DNA of 64,000 bases. It comes from an uncultured bacterium. Lineage in GTDB: Bacteria > Oederibacteriota > Oederibacteriia > Oederibacteriales > Oederibacteriaceae. Positions 1 to 8,115 of this stretch are shown in pieces; position 1 is the stretch's first letter; each line of letters starts with the position of its first letter. A program made the translations under genes and the position numbers. A model generated the notes under the pieces. It was given only the letters and a program-made list of their open reading frames with translations. It ran no database searches and was not told the origin of the DNA. The DNA lies in assembly GCA_965112635.1 (NCBI GenBank), contig OZ218778.1, forward strand, positions 2,528,001 to 2,592,000. The letters run 5' to 3'.

Positions 1-1853
1 CCGTCCAACCCGGCCAGCCTGAACTTCTGGGGCACGGTCTCATTCATAGCCGCCTGTAGGTTCTCGATACTGGAGGACATCGTCCGCACTCCGGGCTGGC
101 TGGCCAAACCTCTCCATTTTTCCATTGCCGGCTCGCCCTCTATGTCCAGGGGCAGTTCTCCGCTGAAGATGAGCTGGCCGCCCTGGCTCACGAACTTTTG
201 CAGCAGCCTGAAAGTGGAAGGCCGCCAGGTCACGGACGGCGGCACCACGACCACCTCATAGGCCATTTTGCCGACCACAAATTTGCCTTTCTTGACGCTC
301 CCCAGGTCCTGGATGTATCCCTCGTCGCCCAGATCGCAGTCAAATCCTGCGTTCAAAGTGGCCTCCACCAGCTTGCGGTACTGCTCGTCCAGTCTCTGGG
401 CGTCGCTCAGGTCCTCCAGGGGCGGATTCACGGGAGTGGCCTTGGGCTGGAAATATTCGGTCCGGGTGGCGACCCCGAAACGGTGGTCGCTTGTGGCGCT
501 CTCGATGGGATGCAGCAAAAGCACATGGGCTCCCGGCTTGCCGCAGGTCAGGGCGTAATGGACCCGCGTGAAATAATCATTGAGCGGGTTGAGCTCTTTC
601 CAGTAGGTCTGCTGGTAGTTCCATACGGGCGGGTAGTCCCTCTTGGCCCTGCCTTTGGCCGTGTACCAGGAAAGATGGGGGCAGAAAAAGGTCGCGCCCA
701 GGACCAGGTCATAATCGCCCAGCCATTTAAAATCCTGGAAAGTGTTGGTGTGACGCGACACGCCGAATATCTCGGTCAGGACCCGTTTCCTGCCGAGCTG
801 CCTGGCCGCCGAACTCACCTGCTTGACCGTCAGCAGCAGGCCGTCGACTTTGCGGCAGAGATGGTCTATGCCCGGAGCGTGCTGGAACCGGTAATGGGCC
901 ATGACGCCGCCGCAATGGCAGCGTATCTGCGAGGTGAAGGATTCCTCGGCGTTGTAGTGCCCGGTGTGCTCCAGCCCGTGCTTTTCGCACCACTCGAAGA
1001 TGGGCTTGCTGTAGGCCTCGGTGAACTGCCTTAAAATGGCGCGGTGCATCAGGAGCCTGATATGTCTGGCTCCTTTGCCGTCAAAGAACATGTAGGGTAG
1101 GTCGTTCCAGAAGTTCCTGCGGTTCCATTTCCGGTAGACTTGGGGCAAACCCTCGTACCAGGGCAGGCTGTGGTCGGTCTGCCATATCTGGGGCTCGTCC
1201 GTGAAAATGCCCGGTATCCTTTTCCCGAACTCCTCCTGAAATTCCTTGGCGTAAACATCATGGGTCATCCGAATGAACTCCCTCATGGCCTCGGGGTTAA
1301 GGAGGTTGGCGTAGGATTCGCCGTTCCACCACGCTCCCTTGGAGTCATAGCGCCGGATGAGGACCAGCCGTTCTTCTTTCTGGATCTTTCCAGCCTGCTT
1401 GACCGCTACGGCCCGGTATTTAAAGAGGTCCTTGCCGCTGCGCTTTTCAATGGCATAGACCATCCTTAATTCCTGGTCCTTTTGGGAGCGAGGGAGAGGC
1501 ACTCCCGGAGCCAGGAGGTATGCGTCCAGCAAAGCGGTGCGGTACTCGTCCTTGGTCCCGGCGATGAGCCCCCCGGCATTGCCGCTGGGCCACCGGTCCT
1601 CGTCGTAAAGCCACAGGTAGCCGTCGTGTTCCTTGGCCGCCTTTAGAGCGGCCCGCATATTGTCGAACCATTCCTTGGAAAGATAGTCCGTAACCAGCCC
1701 GGCCCTGGAATGGAAAAACCCTCCGGAAAGGCCCACGGAGATCATGTCCGTCATTTGCCTGGCGGTCTCCCCTGTTTCCAGTTTGTCGTTGATGGACCAG
1801 AACGGCGCCGGCCTGAGGATCGTGTCGGGATTTTGGAACTTTTTGATATCCAT
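1..1853 (-). CDS. GH106-like (alpha-L-rhamnosidase-related) glycoside hydrolase, partial (3' end runs off the window)
   Basis: Not in the ORF track because there is no stop in the window. Manual translation from ATG 1853 (SD AGAAAGGA) gives MDIKKFQNPDTILRPAPFWSINDKL...FFHSRAGLVTDYLSKEWFD...WLYDEDRWPSGNAGG. An in-frame spot check near 1000 reads FTEAYSKPIFEWCEKHGLEHTGH. These motifs are typical of GH106-like proteins. Confidence 0.8.
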   Translation of the reverse strand, partial: MDIKKFQNPDTILRPAPFWSINDKLETGETARQMTDMISVGLSGGFFHSRAGLVTDYLSKEWFDNMRAALKAAKEHDGYLWLYDEDRWPSGNAGGLIAGTKDEYRTALLDAYLLAPGVPLPRSQKDQELRMVYAIEKRSGKDLFKYRAVAVKQAGKIQKEERLVLIRRYDSKGAWWNGESYANLLNPEAMREFIRMTHDVYAKEFQEEFGKRIPGIFTDEPQIWQTDHSLPWYEGLPQVYRKWNRRNFWNDLPYMFFDGKGARHIRLLMHRAILRQFTEAYSKPIFEWCEKHGLEHTGHYNAEESFTSQIRCHCGGVMAHYRFQHAPGIDHLCRKVDGLLLTVKQVSSAARQLGRKRVLTEIFGVSRHTNTFQDFKWLGDYDLVLGATFFCPHLSWYTAKGRAKRDYPPVWNYQQTYWKELNPLNDYFTRVHYALTCGKPGAHVLLLHPIESATSDHRFGVATRTEYFQPKATPVNPPLEDLSDAQRLDEQYRKLVEATLNAGFDCDLGDEGYIQDLGSVKKGKFVVGKMAYEVVVVPPSVTWRPSTFRLLQKFVSQGGQLIFSGELPLDIEGEPAMEKWRGLASQPGVRTMSSSIENLQAAMNETVPQKFRLAGLD

Positions 1854-1999
1854 GATGAGTCCTTTCTACAATTCAGAATTAAACGCCATAACCCGGCAAA
1901 GATTGTTTGTTCTTGACCAGATGGATAATTAATAGCACAATTTTAAGCTACATAATAATGTAAAATATCTTTGTTCTTCTTTGTAACTAGGGAGCAAAA

Positions 2000-2893
2000 A
2001 TGTCGGACAAAATTTCCGTTCTTCTGGACACGGATATCGGCAGTGACATTGACGACGCCGTAGCCTTATCCTACCTGCTCCGCCAGCCCCGCTGCGAACT
2101 GCTGGGCATCACCACGGTTTCGGGCGATACCCGCCAGCGCGCGGCCTGCGCCGAGATCCTCTGCGCTGAGGCGGGCCGGCTGGATATCCCCATCCACTGC
2201 GGCGCTGAACAGGTCTTGCTCCTCGGCCCCGGCCAGCCCGAAGTCCCCCAGTACCACGCCATCAAACACCGGCCCCATCACCTGGACCGGCCTCTCCATA
2301 CTGCCGTGGATTTCCTGAGAAAGACTATCCGCCAGCGACCAGGCGAGATCACCCTTTTGACCATCGGCCCTTTGACCAACATCGCCTTGCTTTTCGCCAT
2401 GGACCCCGAGATCCCCTCCCTTTTGAAAAACCATGTGGCCATGGCCGGCGAATTTTTCGTCCAGTCAGAACGCCATTTCCGGGAGTGGAATATCCTGGTG
2501 GACCCCGTGGCCAGCGCCATGGTTTACTCCACGCCCCACAAGGATTTCACCAGCATCGGCCTGGATGTCACCCTCCAATGCGCCCTGCCCGCTCCCGAGG
2601 TCAGGAAAAAGTTCCAGACCAAGCCCCTCAACATAGTTTTGGAAATGGCCCAGGTCTGGTTCCAAAAAGTTGACCGGGTCATCTTCCACGACCCCCTGGC
2701 CGCTGCGGTCATCTTTGAGCCCGGGCTGTGCCAGTATGAAACAGGCCGGGTCAAGGTCACCGTGGACGCGGACCAGGAAAAGTCCGGGGCTACTTTATTT
2801 ACTTCCCCTGCCTCGGGCCCTGTTTCCCACCGGGTGGCCAAAAGCGTGGACACCGCTAAATTCTTCAAGGAATATTTTGGAGTTTTCCAATGA
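2000..2893 (+). CDS. Inosine/uridine-preferring nucleoside hydrolase family protein
   Basis: N-terminal DTDIGSDIDDA Asp motif, IGPLTNIA, EWNILVDP and HDPLAAA; SD GGAG. Confidence 0.92.
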   Translation: MSDKISVLLDTDIGSDIDDAVALSYLLRQPRCELLGITTVSGDTRQRAACAEILCAEAGRLDIPIHCGAEQVLLLGPGQPEVPQYHAIKHRPHHLDRPLHTAVDFLRKTIRQRPGEITLLTIGPLTNIALLFAMDPEIPSLLKNHVAMAGEFFVQSERHFREWNILVDPVASAMVYSTPHKDFTSIGLDVTLQCALPAPEVRKKFQTKPLNIVLEMAQVWFQKVDRVIFHDPLAAAVIFEPGLCQYETGRVKVTVDADQEKSGATLFTSPASGPVSHRVAKSVDTAKFFKEYFGVFQ

Positions 2894-4995
2894 CCGAACA
2901 AGAACCCATCCCAGCCGAACAGCCCCATGAGCCCGAACAGCCTCAAGAGCCCGAGCAGCCCGCTCCACCCCCGCTGCCTCCTGTAAAAAAGAATAAACTC
3001 CGTTTTTACCTTATTGTTCTTGGGATCGCCCTGGTCCCCCTTATCTTTTGGGTCGTCCAGTTTTTCAGGCAGGATTCCGGCCCCATCACCAACCAGTCCG
3101 TGCTAAAACCTTTGGCTTACCAGCCCCTGCCTGTGGGCTCTATCAAGCCCAAGGGTTGGCTTCTCCATCAGCTCAAGGTCCAGGCCCAGGGCCTGTCCGG
3201 CCACTTGGACGAATTCTGGCCGGATATAGCTCAAAGCGGCTGGATAGGCGGCAAAGCCGAGGGCTGGGAGCGCGGCCCCTACTGGCTCGACGGCGTGGTC
3301 CCCCTGGCGGTCCTGACCGATGACAGCGGTCTCAAGAAAAAGGTTAAATACTGGTTCAATTACATTCTGGAACACCAGGCCAGCGACGGCTGGCTCGGCC
3401 CGGACAACAGCCCCTGCGCCACGGGTTCCCTCGGCCGGCCTCCGGAATTCCGCGACCCCTGGCCCCAGTTCGTCATCCTCAAGGCTATGGCGCAGTATCA
3501 GGAGGCTTTTGGCGACAAACGCGTCATCCCGGCCATGATGGACGACCTGCACTGCCTGAACGACCAGCTCGACCACCGCCCGTTGTTTGGCTGGAACTTT
3601 TTCCGCTGGGGCGACCTGCTCCCCACCCTCTACTGGCTTTACCAAAAGACTTCCGACCCCTGGCTTTTGGACTTCGGCCGCAAGGCCGCCAGCCAGGGCT
3701 ATGACTGGGACAAGCATTTCGCCGACCTGCCAGTAAAAGACAAGTCCGTCCAATGGACCTGGGAGGGCCATGTGGTCAACACAGCCATGGGACTGAAAAC
3801 TCCCGGGTGGATGTATATCTTCACCGGCGAGAACCGGCACAGAAAAGCGGTCAGCCAGGCCTTTGAGGCCCTGGACCGTTATCACGGAGAGCCTTCGGGC
3901 CTGTTTAGCGGCGACGAATGCCTGGCCGGCCGCTCCCCCTCGCAGGGCACCGAGCTTTGCGCCGTGGCTGAGACCATGTTCTCCCTGGAGACCCTCCTGT
4001 CCGCCCTCGGCGACCTGTCCCTGGCGGACCGGCTGGAAAAGATCGCCTTTAACGCCCTGCCCTGCTATTTCACCCCGGACTACTGGGGCCACCAGTATGA
4101 CGACCAGCCCAATCAGGTGGTCTGTCAGTGGACGCCCCGGCCAATCTACACCACCAACAACGGCGAAGCCAACCTCTACGGCCTGGAACCGCACTACGGC
4201 TGCTGCACGGCCAACATGCACCAGGCCTGGCCCAAGTTCACGACCCACCTGTGGATGGCCACCCCGGACAGCGGTCTGGTTTGCCTGGCCTATTCCCCCT
4301 GTTCCGTGGAAACCGAGGTCAACGGCGTCAAGGCGTCCATCCTGGAACAGACGGACTATCCTTTTGACGAACTGCTGAATTTCCAGATCACCGTGGCCGG
4401 AGACGCGGCCATCCCCATCTATTTCCGTGTGCCCTCCTGGACCGACAAGGCCACCCTGAAACTCCCGGACGGAAAAATCGAAAATCTAAGGCCAGGCTCC
4501 CTGCATCAGGTCATCTGGCAATGGCACGGCACCCAGACCCTCGTGATGGAACTTCCCATGTCCATCCGGGTGGAAAAAGGTTACAACAACGCCGTGACGC
4601 TTGTCCGCGGTCCTCTCATCTATTCCCTACCCATCCGAGAGCAATGGAAAGCCGTCCAGGCCTATCCTTACCAGCCCAAGGAGGGTAAAAAATATTACTG
4701 GCAGGTGTTCCCCCAAAGCCCCTGGAATTACGCCCTGGTCATGAACGAAGGGCACCCTGACAAGACAGCGACATTTTTACGCGGGAAAATGAACGAGGAC
4801 CCTTTTACGGCGGAGAACACTACGGGAAGGATCATGGTGCACGGCAGGAAGGTCGATTACTGGGTCATTGATTCCGGCGCGGCTGCCCCGCCGCCTGCAA
4901 GCCCGGCTAGGACCAGCCAGCCTTTGGAGGATTTGCAACTCGTGCCCTACGGCGCCAGCCGCCTCCGGGTTACGGAATTCCCGGTATTGGAATAA
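2890..4995 (+). CDS. GH127/GH146-like beta-L-arabinofuranosidase family protein with an N-terminal membrane anchor
   Basis: WERGPYWLDG, HVVN, SGDE, GTELCAVAE and GCCTANMHQAWPKF supply the Glu/Cys/Cys-Cys Zn-ligand pattern. A P/E/Q-rich N-terminus is followed by one TM helix. ATGA overlap with the upstream gene. Confidence 0.85.
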   Translation: MTEQEPIPAEQPHEPEQPQEPEQPAPPPLPPVKKNKLRFYLIVLGIALVPLIFWVVQFFRQDSGPITNQSVLKPLAYQPLPVGSIKPKGWLLHQLKVQAQGLSGHLDEFWPDIAQSGWIGGKAEGWERGPYWLDGVVPLAVLTDDSGLKKKVKYWFNYILEHQASDGWLGPDNSPCATGSLGRPPEFRDPWPQFVILKAMAQYQEAFGDKRVIPAMMDDLHCLNDQLDHRPLFGWNFFRWGDLLPTLYWLYQKTSDPWLLDFGRKAASQGYDWDKHFADLPVKDKSVQWTWEGHVVNTAMGLKTPGWMYIFTGENRHRKAVSQAFEALDRYHGEPSGLFSGDECLAGRSPSQGTELCAVAETMFSLETLLSALGDLSLADRLEKIAFNALPCYFTPDYWGHQYDDQPNQVVCQWTPRPIYTTNNGEANLYGLEPHYGCCTANMHQAWPKFTTHLWMATPDSGLVCLAYSPCSVETEVNGVKASILEQTDYPFDELLNFQITVAGDAAIPIYFRVPSWTDKATLKLPDGKIENLRPGSLHQVIWQWHGTQTLVMELPMSIRVEKGYNNAVTLVRGPLIYSLPIREQWKAVQAYPYQPKEGKKYYWQVFPQSPWNYALVMNEGHPDKTATFLRGKMNEDPFTAENTTGRIMVHGRKVDYWVIDSGAAAPPPASPARTSQPLEDLQLVPYGASRLRVTEFPVLE

Positions 4996-5025
4996 GATGG
5001 CCTAGGGCTCACCGAAGGCGGCCCT

Positions 5026-5304
5026 TCAAAACTCAACCCCAAAATCCGTAAAACTACCCTGATAGGGTTCCCAGACAATATTAACATCCGTCACCCGGCT
5101 CATGGGCGGGCCTGTCTTCAGTTCGTTGACATACTCCTCTATATTACTTTTACCACCCTCTACCACAGTTTCCACATTGCCGTCTGGAAGATTCATCACA
5201 TACCCCCTCAACTCCTGCTTTCTCGCCTTTTCCTCCGCGAAATAACGGTAGCCCACCCCCTGCACCCTGCCTTTGATAGTGATCCTTGCCCTTGCGTCAG
5301 CCAT
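5026..5304 (-). CDS. acyP: Acylphosphatase
   Basis: GRVQGVGYR and GYVMNLPDGNVE motifs; 92 aa. Confidence 0.95.
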   Translation of the reverse strand: MADARARITIKGRVQGVGYRYFAEEKARKQELRGYVMNLPDGNVETVVEGGKSNIEEYVNELKTGPPMSRVTDVNIVWEPYQGSFTDFGVEF

Positions 5305-5396
5305 CGCTTGCCCCTTCCATCATCTGGTCATCCCCCTTGCACTGGGCGACAGCTTTAGCTGGAGCCCAGCCCGTAGCCCCAAAGGGCGGAGGTGCA

Positions 5397-5435
5397 TTTC
5401 ACATGCTCATCTTAAAACTTTATGGGCATGTGAAA
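5397..5435. other. Inverted repeat / hairpin just downstream of the 5439-6224 gene (possible terminator)
   Basis: TTTCACATGCTCAT...ATGGGCATGTGAAA, 14-bp arms with one mismatch. Confidence 0.55.
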
Positions 5436-5438
5436 ATA

Positions 5439-6224
5439 CTACTTGTTCATTCCCCACATTACTATAACCGGAACGCCTTTCTTATCCTTGGAAACGGACG
5501 CCTGGCCGTCTATCCCGGCATTCCCGCATTTGATCAGATAATTGCCGTCCTTGGCCTGCATGGCGGCGCAAGCCCAGCCTTTGGCCTTCATATTATCCAT
5601 GAGCATGCTCTTGACCGCCTCCCGCGACCCCTTACCCTGATACACCACGGCAAACGCCTGTTTTGTCCCTATTGTTTGCTGTTCGGAAAATATCCGTTTG
5701 AAATATTTTTCCGCCAAAAGCGGGCTTAAGCTCGCCGTGGGTCTGGCTTTGGCCAAGCCATTCACAGTGCCCGCGATTTCCATGGTAGCCAGATAGCTTG
5801 TGCCGGTGGTTTTGGAGAACGCTCCCACCAAAAAGACTTTCCCGCCTTTTTTAAATCCTCCCAGACTGAGCGAACCCGGCTTGACCTTCCTTGTACTCTT
5901 GTTCAATCCCAGCAATGCTTTGAGGCTGTCCGGACGGCATTTGTCCTGCCAACCGTTCTGCCCTGCCCTGAGTTTGTAGTACTGCAGCACTTGGTTAGGA
6001 GACATTCTGGTCTTATAAATGGTCATGGGGCTGGCTGAGCCGTTTATGGCAATTATTTGTTGGCCCAAATACTCTGCCCCTGCTGGCGCGGGCAAGGCAT
6101 TGCCAAGAGCCACATCCCTGGTCTCCAGAACTTTGGCCTGGAACCCAGTTGGGAACAAGAAACCCTTTAAAAAAGCCAGCACACCCAGGCCCAGCACGAT
6201 TAAAATCTTTTTTTTCAGCGACAT
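5439..6224 (-). CDS. Hypothetical exported/membrane-anchored basic protein at the end of the Tad-like cluster
   Basis: Long ORF with a KKK + hydrophobic N-terminus. Start taken at MSLKKK (ATG 6224). No recognisable family. Confidence 0.65.
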   Translation of the reverse strand: MSLKKKILIVLGLGVLAFLKGFLFPTGFQAKVLETRDVALGNALPAPAGAEYLGQQIIAINGSASPMTIYKTRMSPNQVLQYYKLRAGQNGWQDKCRPDSLKALLGLNKSTRKVKPGSLSLGGFKKGGKVFLVGAFSKTTGTSYLATMEIAGTVNGLAKARPTASLSPLLAEKYFKRIFSEQQTIGTKQAFAVVYQGKGSREAVKSMLMDNMKAKGWACAAMQAKDGNYLIKCGNAGIDGQASVSKDKKGVPVIVMWGMNK

Positions 6225-6270
6225 ATGTCTTTTTCTCCCCAAAAGGCCCCTTTAAAATATTGGGGCTATC

Positions 6271-6717
6271 TCACTGCTTCATAATGACGCAGTCTTCCTT
6301 GAAAATGATCAAGTTGCCGGCCACGCTGTTCAGCAAAAAAGGCAGGCCTTCCCTGTAGGAGACCTCCACCCTGTATCCGGTAAGGTCCATCCCGAGGATG
6401 CCGAGGATATCCATGACTTCCGAAAGATCAGGGCCCAGGGTGCTGGTCACGGACACGCTGAGGTTACCGGGGTTCATTCCCATAGCGCCTCCGCACACAT
6501 TCTGCCTCAGCCAGTATTCGATCTGCGGCACGCTGGCTCCTCTGGCGTATTGCACGGCCGCTTCTCTCGCGGCCATGGTCAGCCGGGTCTTATGGACCAA
6601 CAAAGAGCCCGTCCATACCACAATGACCAGGAACAAGGCGAGGAACGGGAAAATGATGACGGTTTCCATGAGCGCCTGGCCTTTCTGGCCCCTGATGCGG
6701 GATTTATTAGTGGGCAA
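6271..6717 (-). CDS. TadE-like pseudopilin
   Basis: KGQALMETVIIFP prepilin-type motif (G|QxxxE), a hydrophobic helix, then AAREAA. Confidence 0.85.
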   Translation of the reverse strand: MPTNKSRIRGQKGQALMETVIIFPFLALFLVIVVWTGSLLVHKTRLTMAAREAAVQYARGASVPQIEYWLRQNVCGGAMGMNPGNLSVSVTSTLGPDLSEVMDILGILGMDLTGYRVEVSYREGLPFLLNSVAGNLIIFKEDCVIMKQ

Positions 6718-7663
6718 TATTGGCCACCCCCGCTTTGTTCAGTACATTTATGATGGAGCTAAGCTCCGGGACGACTAGATCCTCCAGCATAAAAGGCTGG
6801 AAAAACGCCGAGTAAAACTTGTAGGGATTGGTTGGGTCCAGGTCCACCGGAGCAAGGGTCCCGCCGCCTATGCCGGCTTCGGACACCGCGTACATCTGGT
6901 CATACATCTTGCCCAAACCAAACAGCCCGAAGGACATGGGCCAGGACTGCTGCGGCTGGGTGCAAAATACCGCCACGCGGTGGTCCGTGACAGTCTCCAC
7001 GATAAGGGCATCGCCGTTCTCTTTTTTCGGAGGGTTTTCCCTCACATAGATATAGGACATCCCGCCCTCTCCGACGCCTCTATAATGCCACCTGCCTCTC
7101 CTGTCCTGCGAACATTCGTCCTCGCTCACAGTCACGCGGGGTGAGCCGTCCTTGGGCTGGTAGGAAAACGTTCTTTTTCCAGTGTCCTGGCCAAAAATGG
7201 AATCGACCAAGGTCAAGCGGTCCACGGCCAAGGAAGGGTTCAAAACTTCGCCGTTGATGGCCACGATGGGAGACGGCGGGACATTCACCAGGTGCTGGCA
7301 ACCGTTTTCTTGGGCGATGTACAGGGCCTCCAGTTGGATCAGTCTGGGCCCCAGATTCATGATGATATCTTGGGGAATACCAAACAATTTCCTGACATTC
7401 GGGTCAATCCCCGTGTCCAAAAAAACTCCCGTGTCAGATGCCCAGGCTACGCAATAGGCCGTGTTCAAAATTTTTAGTCCATTCAAACATTTGGCGTATA
7501 CTTCCGCCCCGCTCAGGGCGGCCGCGTCGCAGCTGTTCTGCAGTTTTATCCTGTTCCTCACAGCCACCCCGGCGTTGACCATAAAGGCAAGGAAAATAAA
7601 AAGGGTGGGTATGAGGAGCAGGAGGAGGACCAGGACCTGGCCTTTGTTTTTTTTCTTTTTCAT
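6707..7663 (-). CDS. TadG-like (Tad-domain) pilus accessory protein
   Basis: MKKKKNKGQVLVLLLLLIP...KLQNSCDAAALSGA, the typical Tad N-terminal domain. Start corrected to ATG 7663 (ATGA overlap with the upstream stop). Confidence 0.8.
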   Translation of the reverse strand: MKKKKNKGQVLVLLLLLIPTLFIFLAFMVNAGVAVRNRIKLQNSCDAAALSGAEVYAKCLNGLKILNTAYCVAWASDTGVFLDTGIDPNVRKLFGIPQDIIMNLGPRLIQLEALYIAQENGCQHLVNVPPSPIVAINGEVLNPSLAVDRLTLVDSIFGQDTGKRTFSYQPKDGSPRVTVSEDECSQDRRGRWHYRGVGEGGMSYIYVRENPPKKENGDALIVETVTDHRVAVFCTQPQQSWPMSFGLFGLGKMYDQMYAVSEAGIGGGTLAPVDLDPTNPYKFYSAFFQPFMLEDLVVPELSSIINVLNKAGVANIAH

Positions 7664-8115
7664 CGGAACATCTCCATCGGCATGCTCCAGGAGCTGTGGA
7701 AGGGCAAAGCGGGTTTGCCCCATATATTTATTTTTGCAGGATCGCTGTTGAGCAGTATCACCCGGTCAACCAGCGGGAAGACTAGGGGCTCATAATAGAT
7801 GATATCCACATTGACCCCGTAAAAATTGGGTGTCGCCAGGGACGCGGTGGCAAAGGGAACCTTGACCCAGTTTGCGGAAAGGAACGGATAGGACGACCGC
7901 ATGACCCCTGCGGCAGCCTGGTGAGCGATCCACTGCGGGTCTTCGTAATGCACGCAAGCGGACCTGGCCCCCATATAGGCCGCGTAATCCACCAGGAATT
8001 TGGTCTTGAACAGCATCACAATTTGCATCAGGCAAAAGATAAAGAGCAGGACCAGCGGCAGTATGATGGCCAGCTCCACGGTGGCCTGGCCCTTTGGGGC
8101 CCTGGGTAATCTCAT
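7660..8115 (-). CDS. TadE-like pseudopilin
   Basis: MRLPRAPKGQATVELAIILP...YAAYMGARSA. Start corrected to ATG 8115, which overlaps the lnt stop. Confidence 0.85.
   Translation of the reverse strand: MRLPRAPKGQATVELAIILPLVLLFIFCLMQIVMLFKTKFLVDYAAYMGARSACVHYEDPQWIAHQAAAGVMRSSYPFLSANWVKVPFATASLATPNFYGVNVDIIYYEPLVFPLVDRVILLNSDPAKINIWGKPALPFHSSWSMPMEMFR

Noticed and set aside
198-1916. Plus-strand ORFs 198-1034, 1140-1469 and 1710-1916
   Set aside because: They are antisense shadows of the GH106-like gene on the minus strand and have no recognisable motifs.
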